Source of the DNA: Candidatus Hadarchaeota archaeon
GTDB lineage: Archaea > Hadarchaeota > Hadarchaeia > Hadarchaeales > Hadarchaeaceae
Length of the DNA stretch: 42,833 nucleotides
Assembly (NCBI GenBank): GCA_040755315.1
Contig: JBFMBF010000008.1
Location: 1 to 42,833 of the forward strand
Direction of reading: 5' to 3'
Part shown: in pieces, positions 1-8,395 of the stretch
Layout: each line of letters opens with the position of its first letter
Position numbering within the stretch: the stretch's first letter is position 1
The notes under the pieces: generated by a model
What the model saw: the letters and a program-made list of their open reading frames with translations, nothing else
Databases searched by the model: none
Told to the model about the DNA's origin: nothing
Made by a program: the position numbers and the translations under genes

Positions 1-1098
1 GGCCTTGATGACGCGCTCGCAATTATTACCGAGCGAATACTACAACAACGAGAAAGAAGACAAAAGATCGCTGAAACGCTTGAAGGATTGAGCAAGATTA
101 ACTTGAATGTTGATGGGCTTGCCGAACCGTCCCTCGTTAACGAGGTTGAGATGCACCCGCTCAAGGAAACCGCGGTGGCTGGGGTAGACGGGGGACTGCT
201 TGAACAGCAACTCCACGGCCTTGACCTCATCATGGTCCGGGCACTCGCCGTGATATTCCACTACCGCGACGCCAAGCTCGAAAAAGCAGAGTACCTGCCG
301 GGAGAGGCACAACCACCAAAGCTGATCGATGTCGCTGAGCCGCTCGATGCGAGGGAGTTCGAACTCCTGACCGGGATGGAGCGGCAGCTGGCGGAAGTGG
401 AAGTCTCGATTGCGGCAGCCGAGGAAAGCTGTGCAAAGCTCCTCCTGATGGACGGCTCAGTTGTGCCGCAGTACGTCGACCGCTTCCCGCGGAACAAACT
501 CTTGCTCAGAAAATACCAGCTTCTGATAAAAAGATACATCGAGCTGTATGCGGCATGCGAGATGTCCGGAATCCTCCTCGCTGGTGCCGTGAAGGACAGC
601 CGCGGCGCGCGCTTCATCGATATTCTGAGAAAAGGAGTGATGCCGTCACTTGGCGACCTAGGCCTGGCAAGAGAAGATTTGACAGTGCTCGAGCGCTCCC
701 GCGACGCTGCCATTCTCGACCATCTCCTGGAGACCGGGGAAAGGACGGCAGCATTCACTTACGCCGAGAGGCCTGCCAGCTATGTGCTGGGGGACCTTGG
801 AGGCTGGGGAGAAAAAATCCACGCATTTTACATGAAGACAGTGCCATTTGACATGCCGCTCCGCGTTGAGTTCGTCAATTGCTCTGGCGCGCCGGCTGAA
901 ACAGCTGGACAAGTAGCGTCCCTCGTCTACGCCCTCTCCTCGCACCACGACGCTTTTGGAATCCCGTCCGTGCTTGTGGAAGCAGACGTTTGTGCAAGGC
1001 TGAGGGAGGAGGACCTCTGCCTCGTGAGGGACAGCATAACAGACAGGCTGGGGGCTCCGGCTCTGCAGGATCTGAGGCGCCAGAGGAGGCCTTTCTGA
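1..1098 (+). CDS. nurA: NurA family 5'-3' nuclease (5' end runs off the window)
   Basis: Frame is open from base 1 (GLDDALAIITERIL...). Motifs AGVDGG, LMDGS, GAVKDS and GIPSVLVEAD; directly upstream of herA. Confidence 0.88.
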   Translation, partial: GLDDALAIITERILQQRERRQKIAETLEGLSKINLNVDGLAEPSLVNEVEMHPLKETAVAGVDGGLLEQQLHGLDLIMVRALAVIFHYRDAKLEKAEYLPGEAQPPKLIDVAEPLDAREFELLTGMERQLAEVEVSIAAAEESCAKLLLMDGSVVPQYVDRFPRNKLLLRKYQLLIKRYIELYAACEMSGILLAGAVKDSRGARFIDILRKGVMPSLGDLGLAREDLTVLERSRDAAILDHLLETGERTAAFTYAERPASYVLGDLGGWGEKIHAFYMKTVPFDMPLRVEFVNCSGAPAETAGQVASLVYALSSHHDAFGIPSVLVEADVCARLREEDLCLVRDSITDRLGAPALQDLRRQRRPF

Positions 1099-1102
1099 GA
1101 AC

Positions 1103-2620
1103 ATGGAGATAGGCACAATCATCGTGACGGAGGATACCCCATCCCCTGGAAAGTTCAGCTTTGTGGTAACGGCCGAGGGACCAAGTATCCCTGTCAAGCA
1201 GGGGCAGTTCGTGGAGGTGGAGACTGAGGAGGGAAGGGCTGTGGCTTTCGTCACCAACCTGATCAAGACCAACAGGTACTTCATGAGGGCAGAGTCTGTG
1301 AGGGAATATGAACGCAGGGGCGGGCAGATGACGGCGATATTCCCCGCCGGCAGATGGGAGTATCTGATAGCCGAGGCGCAGGTGCTTGGGGTCAGGGAAA
1401 ACGGCGGGCTGGAGAGGGCAACATTCCCGCCTTCACCAGGGCACAAGGTGATGGCGGCCGATGCGGGCGGGCTCAACGAGTTCCTAGGGCTGAGCCCGAA
1501 CGGCGGCGTGGAGCTGGGCAAGCTGAAGCACCACGAGCTGCCCGTGAAAATAGACCTCACCAGGCTGCTGCGAAAGCACATTGCCGTCCTCGCCAAATCT
1601 GGATCTGGAAAGTCGCACTTTACTTGCGTTGTGGTGGAGGAGCTGATGGAGCGGCCGAAGGAGCTTGGACGGCCTGCCATCGTCATCATGGATGTTCACG
1701 GCGAGTATCTGGGGCTTGCCGAAAGCTACCCCGGCCGTGTGAAGGTCGTCCGCGGCGAGGACATGAGGATAGGTGTGCCCAACCTCGGCGCCTACCAGTT
1801 GCTGGAGTTCACGCCAGAGATGTCTGGGATGCAGGTGAGGGAGCTACAGCGGATCCTCGGGCAGCTCAAGGCGGAGATGATGGCGGGCAAGGGGGCGTTC
1901 GGGCTTGAGGAAGTCATGTCAAGGATCGAAAGCGACGACGACATCAACAAGAACATAAGGCAGGCTCTGCTGGGGTGGCTTCAGGAGCTGCAGTCGCTCG
2001 GCATCTTTGACCACTCGGACAACCCGGGATGGGAAAGCACCGCTGAGCCGGGAAAAGTCGTGGTGGTCGACTTCAGCGGGATGACGAGCCTCCGCAAGAA
2101 GCAGATGCTTGTAACATACGCCGCTAGGAGGCTGTTCAACGCACGCAAGCGGGGCAGGGTGCCGCCGTTCGTGCTCTGCCTAGAGGAGGCGCACCAGTTC
2201 TGCCCTTCGGGAGACTCCAAGGCTTCTGCCATCTCAAGGTCTGTGATCGAGACCATCGCACGCGAGGGCAGGAAGTTCTACTCATCGCTCATGCTAATTT
2301 CCCAGCGACCCGTGAGGCTGTCGACAACCGTGCTGTCGCAAGCCAACACAAACATCATACTCAGGGTCACCAACCCCTACGACCTAGAGCACATCAAGCA
2401 GTCTTCCGAAGCCATAACCTCGGAGGTGGCCGGGATGATTTCATCTCTTCCTGTGGGGGAGGCGCTTGTGGTGGGCGAGGCCGTGAACCACCCAATTTTT
2501 GTCAAGGTCCGGCGGAGGAAGTCGCGGGAGTCTGGCCATGGGGCGTGCTTCGAGGAGGCCGCGCGGGAATTCGAAAGAACACGCAGCATGGAAAGTAACG
2601 ACGCCAAGGCGTTCATGTAA
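1103..2620 (+). CDS. herA: HerA bipolar DNA helicase/ATPase
   Basis: N-terminal HAS-barrel-like region, Walker A AKSGSGKS, DVHGEY, LEEAH, REGRKF, ISQRP; 4-bp gap after nurA. Confidence 0.9.
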   Translation: MEIGTIIVTEDTPSPGKFSFVVTAEGPSIPVKQGQFVEVETEEGRAVAFVTNLIKTNRYFMRAESVREYERRGGQMTAIFPAGRWEYLIAEAQVLGVRENGGLERATFPPSPGHKVMAADAGGLNEFLGLSPNGGVELGKLKHHELPVKIDLTRLLRKHIAVLAKSGSGKSHFTCVVVEELMERPKELGRPAIVIMDVHGEYLGLAESYPGRVKVVRGEDMRIGVPNLGAYQLLEFTPEMSGMQVRELQRILGQLKAEMMAGKGAFGLEEVMSRIESDDDINKNIRQALLGWLQELQSLGIFDHSDNPGWESTAEPGKVVVVDFSGMTSLRKKQMLVTYAARRLFNARKRGRVPPFVLCLEEAHQFCPSGDSKASAISRSVIETIAREGRKFYSSLMLISQRPVRLSTTVLSQANTNIILRVTNPYDLEHIKQSSEAITSEVAGMISSLPVGEALVVGEAVNHPIFVKVRRRKSRESGHGACFEEAAREFERTRSMESNDAKAFM

Positions 2621-2638
2621 ACAAGTCACTTCGATTTT

Positions 2639-3343
2639 CTACTCTTCTGGGCTCGCGACCAGCAGCAGCGACCTCTTGCAAAGCTCCTGGACAGTTTCCG
2701 GCTGTACAAACCTCTCGCCGAGGTACTCTCTCAGGATGGGGGTCAAATCCCACGCCACACACCTGAATTCAAGCCCGTTGGTTACCCCGCTGTCGTCTTT
2801 TTTCTGCCCATTCCCGAAGCCTTTCACAACTTCATCAAATGAGCCACCATTGCTGATACACTCCCCAACCTTGGCGCCGACCTCCACCGCCAGCTCCCTG
2901 TAGGCTCCCAGCGCCTCCTTGAACCCTCTCCAGCCGCCCGCCACCTCCAGCCGCCCAAGAACTTTCGCCCCGAAATGCTCCTGCAGCTGCTCCAGAGGCT
3001 CCTCCCCGAAGCTCAGATAAGGCACCTTGAGGTGGGCCGCAAGCATCAGGGCCCGCAGATCAGTCAGCGGCACCTCATGCTCAGCCTCGAAAAGCAACCT
3101 CCTAGAAAGCTCGTCGAGGACCTCCGGCAGGCAGACCACGAGAAGCTGCCCATCGCGCACGAACTGGCTCACCAAGCTGTAGCTGACCGCACGGCTCCTC
3201 ACAGAAATCAGCCTGTCCCTCGCAAGCCAAGAGTAGGTCGCCGATGGCAGGTAAAGTTCTCCGCCACCCACAAGCTGCCTTGCCCGCTCAAAGTTCGCCC
3301 GGTCGCCGATCACGCTGATGTCACAAACTTCCCCAAACCTCAT
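2639..3343 (-). CDS. Hypothetical protein with degenerate PIN-domain-like N-terminus
   Basis: ATG at 3343 preceded by RBS GGAGGTGA; the longer ORF-track start runs into the tRNA-like gene. VCDISVI, LYLPSATYSWL and TDLRALMLAAHLKVPYLSF follow PIN/VapC motif spacing. Confidence 0.5.
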   Translation of the reverse strand: MRFGEVCDISVIGDRANFERARQLVGGGELYLPSATYSWLARDRLISVRSRAVSYSLVSQFVRDGQLLVVCLPEVLDELSRRLLFEAEHEVPLTDLRALMLAAHLKVPYLSFGEEPLEQLQEHFGAKVLGRLEVAGGWRGFKEALGAYRELAVEVGAKVGECISNGGSFDEVVKGFGNGQKKDDSGVTNGLEFRCVAWDLTPILREYLGERFVQPETVQELCKRSLLLVASPEE

Positions 3344-3376
3344 TTTTTCACCTCCATTTTTATTGAGCATAAGGCG

Positions 3377-3474
3377 CGCCGGGGGCGGGATTCGAACCCG
3401 CGAGGACCGGTGTGTCCACTCGGTCGACGCCCGAGTCCGTTCCCGAGCCCGTTGCCAAGCTCCGGCACCCCGGC
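3377..3474 (-). tRNA. tRNA-Ser-like (type II) gene with abnormal anticodon region; anticodon cannot be assigned
   Basis: Minus strand reads GCCGGGG TG CCG GAGCTTGGCAA CGG G CTCGG [GAACGGACTCGGGCGTCGA] CCGAG T GGAC ACACCG GTCC TC GCGGG TTCGAAT CCCGC CCCCGGC G. It has a perfect 7-bp acceptor stem, T arm, long variable arm and G73, but 19 nt instead of 7 inside the anticodon stem. Confidence 0.75.
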
Positions 3475-3586
3475 ATCGCGCCACCTGTAACCAAAAGTTT
3501 TATACAAAAACCCAGCGGATTGTTAATTGACGCCCGAGTCCGTTCCCGAGCCCGTTGCCAAGCTCCGGCACCCCGGCATCGCGCCA
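3426..3586. repeat. Exact 58-bp direct repeat (3426-3483 = 3529-3586) covering the 5' half and leader of the tRNA-like gene
   Basis: GACGCCCGAGTCCGTTCCCGAGCCCGTTGCCAAGCTCCGGCACCCCGGCATCGCGCCA occurs twice, separated by a 45-bp AT-rich spacer. Confidence 0.95.
3491..3505 (+). promoter_or_regulatory. Putative archaeal BRE + TATA box (possibly bidirectional)
   Basis: CCAAAAG followed by TTTTATAC; standard spacing predicts a start near 3528-3530, where the second repeat copy begins. Confidence 0.5.
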
Positions 3587-3601
3587 AAAATTTAAGTAAA
3601 A

Positions 3602-3668
3602 GCTGAACCAGACTAATGGTTGGTCGGGTGATCAACCTGGTCTTCAGCCGGGTTTTTTCTTTTTTTTT
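3602..3668 (+). terminator. Long hairpin followed by a T-tract (3' end of a putative small RNA)
   Basis: GCTGA-(ACC)-AGACTA-(AT)-GGTTGGTC[GGGT]GATCAACC-TGGTCT-TCAGC at 3602-3648, then 15 T in 16 nt at 3653-3668. Two G-U pairs favour folding on the + strand. Confidence 0.6.
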
Positions 3669-3733
3669 CACAGTTCTCCCGCCGAACCTTGGAGCGACCG
3701 GGGTATTTAAGGGAGAAAAATGCACAGAAATGC

Positions 3734-5083
3734 TCACGCAAACAACATGAGTTCCGCTATCAGGGTCATCCCTGCGACAATCGTCACCAGCGGCATGATC
3801 AGCAGCCCGTACTTGGTGAACTGGGAGAATGAAATCTGGATTCCCTTGTCGTGGAGAATCCCTGCCCACATTATCCCGGCGAGCGCCCCAATTAATGTGA
3901 GGTTGGCCCCAAAGTTGCTCCCGACCACCAGCCCGAGAGTCGCCCCCAGTCTAGTGGTCTGGGTTGCCGCAAATGAAGGGCTGTTGAAGATCCTGACAAA
4001 GAAAATCGTCATCGGGTGATTGCTCATCACTCCGGCAGCGAGGGAAGTAAGAAAACAGACCCCGATCACTGTTATTATGATGCTCCCAGAAAGCCCAGAC
4101 AGCTGCGACGCGAGCATGTCCGTCCACCCGGCCGCGACAAGGGACTCTATCATTATGAAAAACCCGATTAAAAACGGCACCACCTTCCACGGCAGCCTCG
4201 AGAGAATCCTCAAAAAGCCGGCCCGGTGCTTTGTCAGGTCGTAAAAAACCATCACAATGGCAAAAAACAAGGCAATCCCCCAGATGGGCACACCTGTCAT
4301 GCTCGTGGGCAGGCTCATGAAGACTATGACCAGCGCGAGCACCACTGATCCGAACATCGCCCCCCTCTTGTCCCTGAGGGAGGAGCCCGGCTCAACTTTG
4401 ATTGCCCGGAACCTGCGCGGTATACGGCGTCGGAACACCACCCAAAGAAGGATTAAACATGCAAAAGCCGAAAAAGCCGAGGGCAACAGCATCCACTTTG
4501 CAAACTCCACAAAAGAAAGCCCGTAAGCATCGGCCGCAACTATGTTGGCCGGGTTCCCTATGTACAGCGCCATGCCGAGGATGTTGACGGCGAAGAACTG
4601 CGCGAAGAGGAAAGGTATCGGGTCTATCTTGGCATTTATTCCGATATAAAACATTATCAGCGTCATCGTCAGTATGACTATGTCGTTGTCAGTGAAGAGC
4701 GTGAGAAAAGCAGTGAGCGCGAAGAAGTAAATGAAAAGCTTCCTGCCGGAATTCTTCGATGCCCTAACCACCTTCAGCGAAACATACTCAAAAAACCCAG
4801 TGTAGTCGAGGGAAATGCAGATGTAGGACAGCGACATTATCAGTATGATTATTGAGTATGGGCTCACGTTGCCAGAACCTATCACTCCTGTGGAAATCGT
4901 GCTTGAGTCTATGAACTTGGTCGCCAGAAGTATGAACACCGCCAGCAGCGGCGCCCACCCATAATCAACCCAGACGCGCTTTGATGTGAACGGGATCCTC
5001 ACTTTCGGCTGCTTGAAAACAAGAAAGACAGTCACCGCGAAAATTAGCATAGGCACTACAGAAAGAACATCCAAGGGGACCAC
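3734..5083 (-). CDS. ArsB/NhaD family (ion transporter superfamily) permease
   Basis: Many transmembrane segments; motifs FTDNDIVILTMT, IGNPANI, GVMSNHP, GSNFGANLTLIGALAG. Confidence 0.85.
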   Translation of the reverse strand: MVPLDVLSVVPMLIFAVTVFLVFKQPKVRIPFTSKRVWVDYGWAPLLAVFILLATKFIDSSTISTGVIGSGNVSPYSIIILIMSLSYICISLDYTGFFEYVSLKVVRASKNSGRKLFIYFFALTAFLTLFTDNDIVILTMTLIMFYIGINAKIDPIPFLFAQFFAVNILGMALYIGNPANIVAADAYGLSFVEFAKWMLLPSAFSAFACLILLWVVFRRRIPRRFRAIKVEPGSSLRDKRGAMFGSVVLALVIVFMSLPTSMTGVPIWGIALFFAIVMVFYDLTKHRAGFLRILSRLPWKVVPFLIGFFIMIESLVAAGWTDMLASQLSGLSGSIIITVIGVCFLTSLAAGVMSNHPMTIFFVRIFNSPSFAATQTTRLGATLGLVVGSNFGANLTLIGALAGIMWAGILHDKGIQISFSQFTKYGLLIMPLVTIVAGMTLIAELMLFA

Positions 5084-5097
5084 TCAAAAAATGCGCG

Positions 5098-5499
5098 TCA
5101 TCCGGGTTTGTTTGGCTTCCTTACTAGTACCACTGTACATGGAGCACTTTGGACAATGTAATCGGAAACATTCTCAGAAAAATACCCGACAATGCCTGAT
5201 TTAGGGATAGTGCCGGTCACGATAACGTCGCATGAATTTTTCTTCGCAAAAGTAATTATGGCGTTTTTGACGTCTGTGGACTCGACCAGCGCGAGTTCGC
5301 TGTTCAGCCCCGCCTTTTTGAATGCACCCATCACGGGCGAGAAACTTTTTGCCGCCTCCCTTTTTGTAGTTTCAGTCAAAAGACGGACGACGTGCAACAC
5401 ATAAACTTTCGTCTGCTTGGAACACAACCTTGTCGCGACCTCGATAACTTCCTTCGGCGTCGCCTCCGTCACACACAAGGCCATTTTTTTGAACATCAT
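5098..5499 (-). CDS. Universal stress protein (Usp family)
   Basis: MFKKMALCV, VYVLHVV, DVIVTG, VSDYIVQSAPCTVVLV; start moved to the MM codons after GTGGTGG. Confidence 0.85.
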   Translation of the reverse strand: MMFKKMALCVTEATPKEVIEVATRLCSKQTKVYVLHVVRLLTETTKREAAKSFSPVMGAFKKAGLNSELALVESTDVKNAIITFAKKNSCDVIVTGTIPKSGIVGYFSENVSDYIVQSAPCTVVLVRKPNKPG

Positions 5500-5599
5500 C
5501 CACCACAAAAGCCTCTTTCCGCAGGATATAAACAATTTGTTTCACTCGCATTTTGACAGGACACATTTAAACAACACCGCGACCAGTATTGGTTGTACA

Positions 5600-5962
5600 A
5601 TGGCTAGAAAAATGGAAATAACCTGCGCGGGCTTCACGACGGAAGCAGAGCTATTGGAGAGCGAGTGCCAGCAGGCTTGCGAAGCGATCTGGAAGGCCCT
5701 CCCCTTCAAGGCAGCGCTAGAGGTCTGGAAGGAAGAGGTCTACTTCGAAATCCCTGTGAAAATCGCTCGGGAAAACCCGACACCCAGGACAAGCGCTGGC
5801 GACGTCTCCTACTGGCCGGAAGGCCCCGCCTTCTGCATCTTCTTCGGCAAGTCTCAACCCATCAGCCCCGTCACCACTTTCGCAAGAATCAAGAGCGGCG
5901 TGGAAAACTTCAGAAAGATGGAATCAGGGGACAGTATAGTTGTGGAGAAGGCCAGCGACTAG
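5600..5962 (+). CDS. Cyclophilin-like fold protein (DUF369/TM1367-like)
   Basis: AIWKALP, WKEEVYF, GDVSYWPEGPAFCIFFG; ATG at 5600. Confidence 0.8.
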   Translation: MARKMEITCAGFTTEAELLESECQQACEAIWKALPFKAALEVWKEEVYFEIPVKIARENPTPRTSAGDVSYWPEGPAFCIFFGKSQPISPVTTFARIKSGVENFRKMESGDSIVVEKASD

Positions 5963-7326
5963 GGTCCAGCCGGGCCCCGTTTGGACATCTCCTTCATGAG
6001 CTTGCCCCACGGCCCCGCCTTCGGCATCCTCCCTTTGGCAAAAGCCTTGACAAACTTCTGCATGAACTCGTACTGCTTGAGCAGTTCCTTGACATCCGAC
6101 TCCTTTGTCCCGGAGCCTTTGGCGATTCTGCGGACGCGAGAAGCATTGATCACCTTCGGGTCCTCCATCTCCTTCTTGGTCATCGACTGCATGATGACTT
6201 TGAACTTCTTCAGTTTCACCTCGCCCACCCTCATCTGCTCGTCGGGGATGGAGACGCCGACGCCTGGAATCATCTGCATGACCTTCTTGAGCGGCCCCAT
6301 CTTGCTCATGGCCTCCAGTTGGTCGTAAACATCCCTGAGGGTGAGCTTCCCTGCCATGATGGCCTTGGCCTCGGCTGGCTTCACCGCCCCCTCCGCGGCA
6401 AGCTCCTCGACCTTCTTAAGCAAAGTCTCTATGTCTCCCATCCCGAGCAGCCTTGCCACGAAGCGCTGGGGCACGTAAGGCTCTATGTCCTCGACGTGCT
6501 CGCCCACGCCGATGAACTTGATTGGCGCCCCGGTGGCAGCCACTGCCGAAAGTGCCCCGCCTCCCTTGGCTGTGCCATCCAGCTTCGTCACGAAAATCGA
6601 TCCGATCCCGGTAGCAGCCTTGAACGCCGCCGCCTGCTCCTTGGCCTGCTGCCCTATCGTCCCGTCAACAACTAGCATGACCTCGTCAGGCTTCACGGCC
6701 TCCGCCATCTGCTTCATCTCCTCCATCAGGTCCTCCTCCTTCCTGTGCCTGCCAGCGCTGTCCACAAACACGACCTCGAACCCCCCCTTCCTGAACCTTT
6801 TGACACCCTCGACGGCAATCTTCACGGAGTCCTTCGCCTTCTGGTCCCCGAAGAACTCGACGCCGACCTGCTGCGAAAGCTGGCTCAGCTGCTCGTGGGC
6901 CCCCGGCCTGAAGGTGTCCGCGGCGACCACCCCGACCTTGTACCCTCTCTTTTTGAAGTGGGCCGAGAGCTTCCCGATGGTGGTGGTCTTCCCGCTCCCC
7001 TGTAGCCCGACCATCAGGACGACCTTTAGCCTCCCTGGCTCCACCTTCAACTCCGAAGGCTTCCCAAGGAACTCTGAGAGCTCCTCGTAGACTATTTTGA
7101 CAACGTGGGTCCTCCTGTCCACCCCCGGCGGCAGCTTCTCTTCGAGGGCCCTCTTCTCTATTTTCTTGGTGAGTTCCAGCACCAGTTCCACATTGACGTC
7201 CGCCTGCAGCATGGCCCTCTGGATGTCTCTCACCAACTCTTTCAGCGCTGCTTGGTCGACCGTCGGCGCCCTTGCCAGTTTCCTCAGGGCCCCGTGAAGA
7301 GCCACTCCGAGCTTTTCTAGGACCAT
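5959..7326 (-). CDS. srp54: Signal recognition particle protein SRP54
   Basis: [42 protein letters not shown] and M-domain [11 protein letters not shown]. Confidence 0.97.
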   Translation of the reverse strand: MVLEKLGVALHGALRKLARAPTVDQAALKELVRDIQRAMLQADVNVELVLELTKKIEKRALEEKLPPGVDRRTHVVKIVYEELSEFLGKPSELKVEPGRLKVVLMVGLQGSGKTTTIGKLSAHFKKRGYKVGVVAADTFRPGAHEQLSQLSQQVGVEFFGDQKAKDSVKIAVEGVKRFRKGGFEVVFVDSAGRHRKEEDLMEEMKQMAEAVKPDEVMLVVDGTIGQQAKEQAAAFKAATGIGSIFVTKLDGTAKGGGALSAVAATGAPIKFIGVGEHVEDIEPYVPQRFVARLLGMGDIETLLKKVEELAAEGAVKPAEAKAIMAGKLTLRDVYDQLEAMSKMGPLKKVMQMIPGVGVSIPDEQMRVGEVKLKKFKVIMQSMTKKEMEDPKVINASRVRRIAKGSGTKESDVKELLKQYEFMQKFVKAFAKGRMPKAGPWGKLMKEMSKRGPAGP

Positions 7327-7382
7327 AACCTCGATAACAGTCCCCGTGAGAATTAAAATACCTAAGAGTAGATGTAAAAAAG

Positions 7383-8393
7383 ATGAAAGCGCTGATACTC
7401 GCCGGAGGCTTTGCGAAGAGGCTCGGCCCGCTGGGGGAGCAACTCCCGAAGGCTATGCTGCCAACTGAGGGTGACTCGGTCCTTAATCACCTGCTCAGAA
7501 AACTGGAAAAAATCGGGCTTGATGCGTTTGTCTCCACAAACAAGAGGTTCGAACCGTTCTTCCGCCAGTACAAGAATGTGATTGTGGAAGAAGCCACGTC
7601 AGAGGAGCAGAAGCTCGGCGCCGTCTCCGCAATCAACTACGCAATCAAGAAGCGAGGGATAAACGAGGACCTCCTTGTGATCTGCGTGGACAACTACTTC
7701 TCGTCTGGGCTGGAAGGTTTCGTGAAATCTTACGAAGGGGCGCCTCAGGTGGGGATTTACCACATAGGCGCACGCCCCGACATGAAGGCCGATGAGATGG
7801 CGACCGTCAAGTTCGATGGAAGCGACAGGCACCCTCCGCCGAAAGACAGCGTCTACATCAAGGAGTTTAAGGAAAAGGTGAAGCCTCCGCTGAGCCAGTA
7901 CGTCAGCATGGGGGTCTACCTCCTGCCAAAGAGGATTTTCCCAATCCTCGACGAGTTCTGCCGACAGAAAAAACAGGATGCCCCGGGATTCTTCATCCAG
8001 CACCTGCTTGAGCGGGGGGAGAAGCTGAAGGGTTACCTCTTTCCAGGAGAGTGGTACGACATCGCCCACAAAAGCTACCTTCTTGCATTCAAGGAGGGGA
8101 AGCTGCTGGAGAGCGGAGAATGCTGCGTGGTGGTCGAGAAGCCCGTCGGCGACTGCATGATCCTTTCAGCGATAGTGGTCCATCCTGGAAAGCATGCTTC
8201 CGGGAGCTCGCCGTCCGCCGCGGTCTGCTTCTTCGTGGAGGGCGAGGGAGAGATCGAGATTTCTGGGCAGAGGCGCCAGGTGAGAGGAAAGGACATCATC
8301 CTGATAAACCCGAACGAACGCAACTCGATTTACAACACATCCAAGCGGGAGTTGATCCTCGTCCGCATGACAGAAAAATGCGGGGGCGGTTGA
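7383..8393 (+). CDS. Sugar-1-phosphate nucleotidyltransferase with C-terminal cupin domain
   Basis: ILAGGFAKRL..PK, FKEK, GEWYDI; C-terminal FFVEGEGEIEISG cupin-like segment. Confidence 0.8.
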   Translation: MKALILAGGFAKRLGPLGEQLPKAMLPTEGDSVLNHLLRKLEKIGLDAFVSTNKRFEPFFRQYKNVIVEEATSEEQKLGAVSAINYAIKKRGINEDLLVICVDNYFSSGLEGFVKSYEGAPQVGIYHIGARPDMKADEMATVKFDGSDRHPPPKDSVYIKEFKEKVKPPLSQYVSMGVYLLPKRIFPILDEFCRQKKQDAPGFFIQHLLERGEKLKGYLFPGEWYDIAHKSYLLAFKEGKLLESGECCVVVEKPVGDCMILSAIVVHPGKHASGSSPSAAVCFFVEGEGEIEISGQRRQVRGKDIILINPNERNSIYNTSKRELILVRMTEKCGGG

Positions 8394-8395
8394 TC

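Noticed and set aside
1..2620. nurA-herA as an antiphage HerA system
   Set aside because: The pair matches the standard archaeal DNA end-resection operon; no Sir2 or other defence partner is adjacent.
3360..3869. ORF-track ORFs crossing the tRNA-like gene and its duplicate (3360-3869, 3412-3606, 3318-3530, and the 3484 start of the PIN-like ORF)
   Set aside because: They translate RNA-gene and repeat sequence; the neighbouring gene has a better start with an RBS at 3343.
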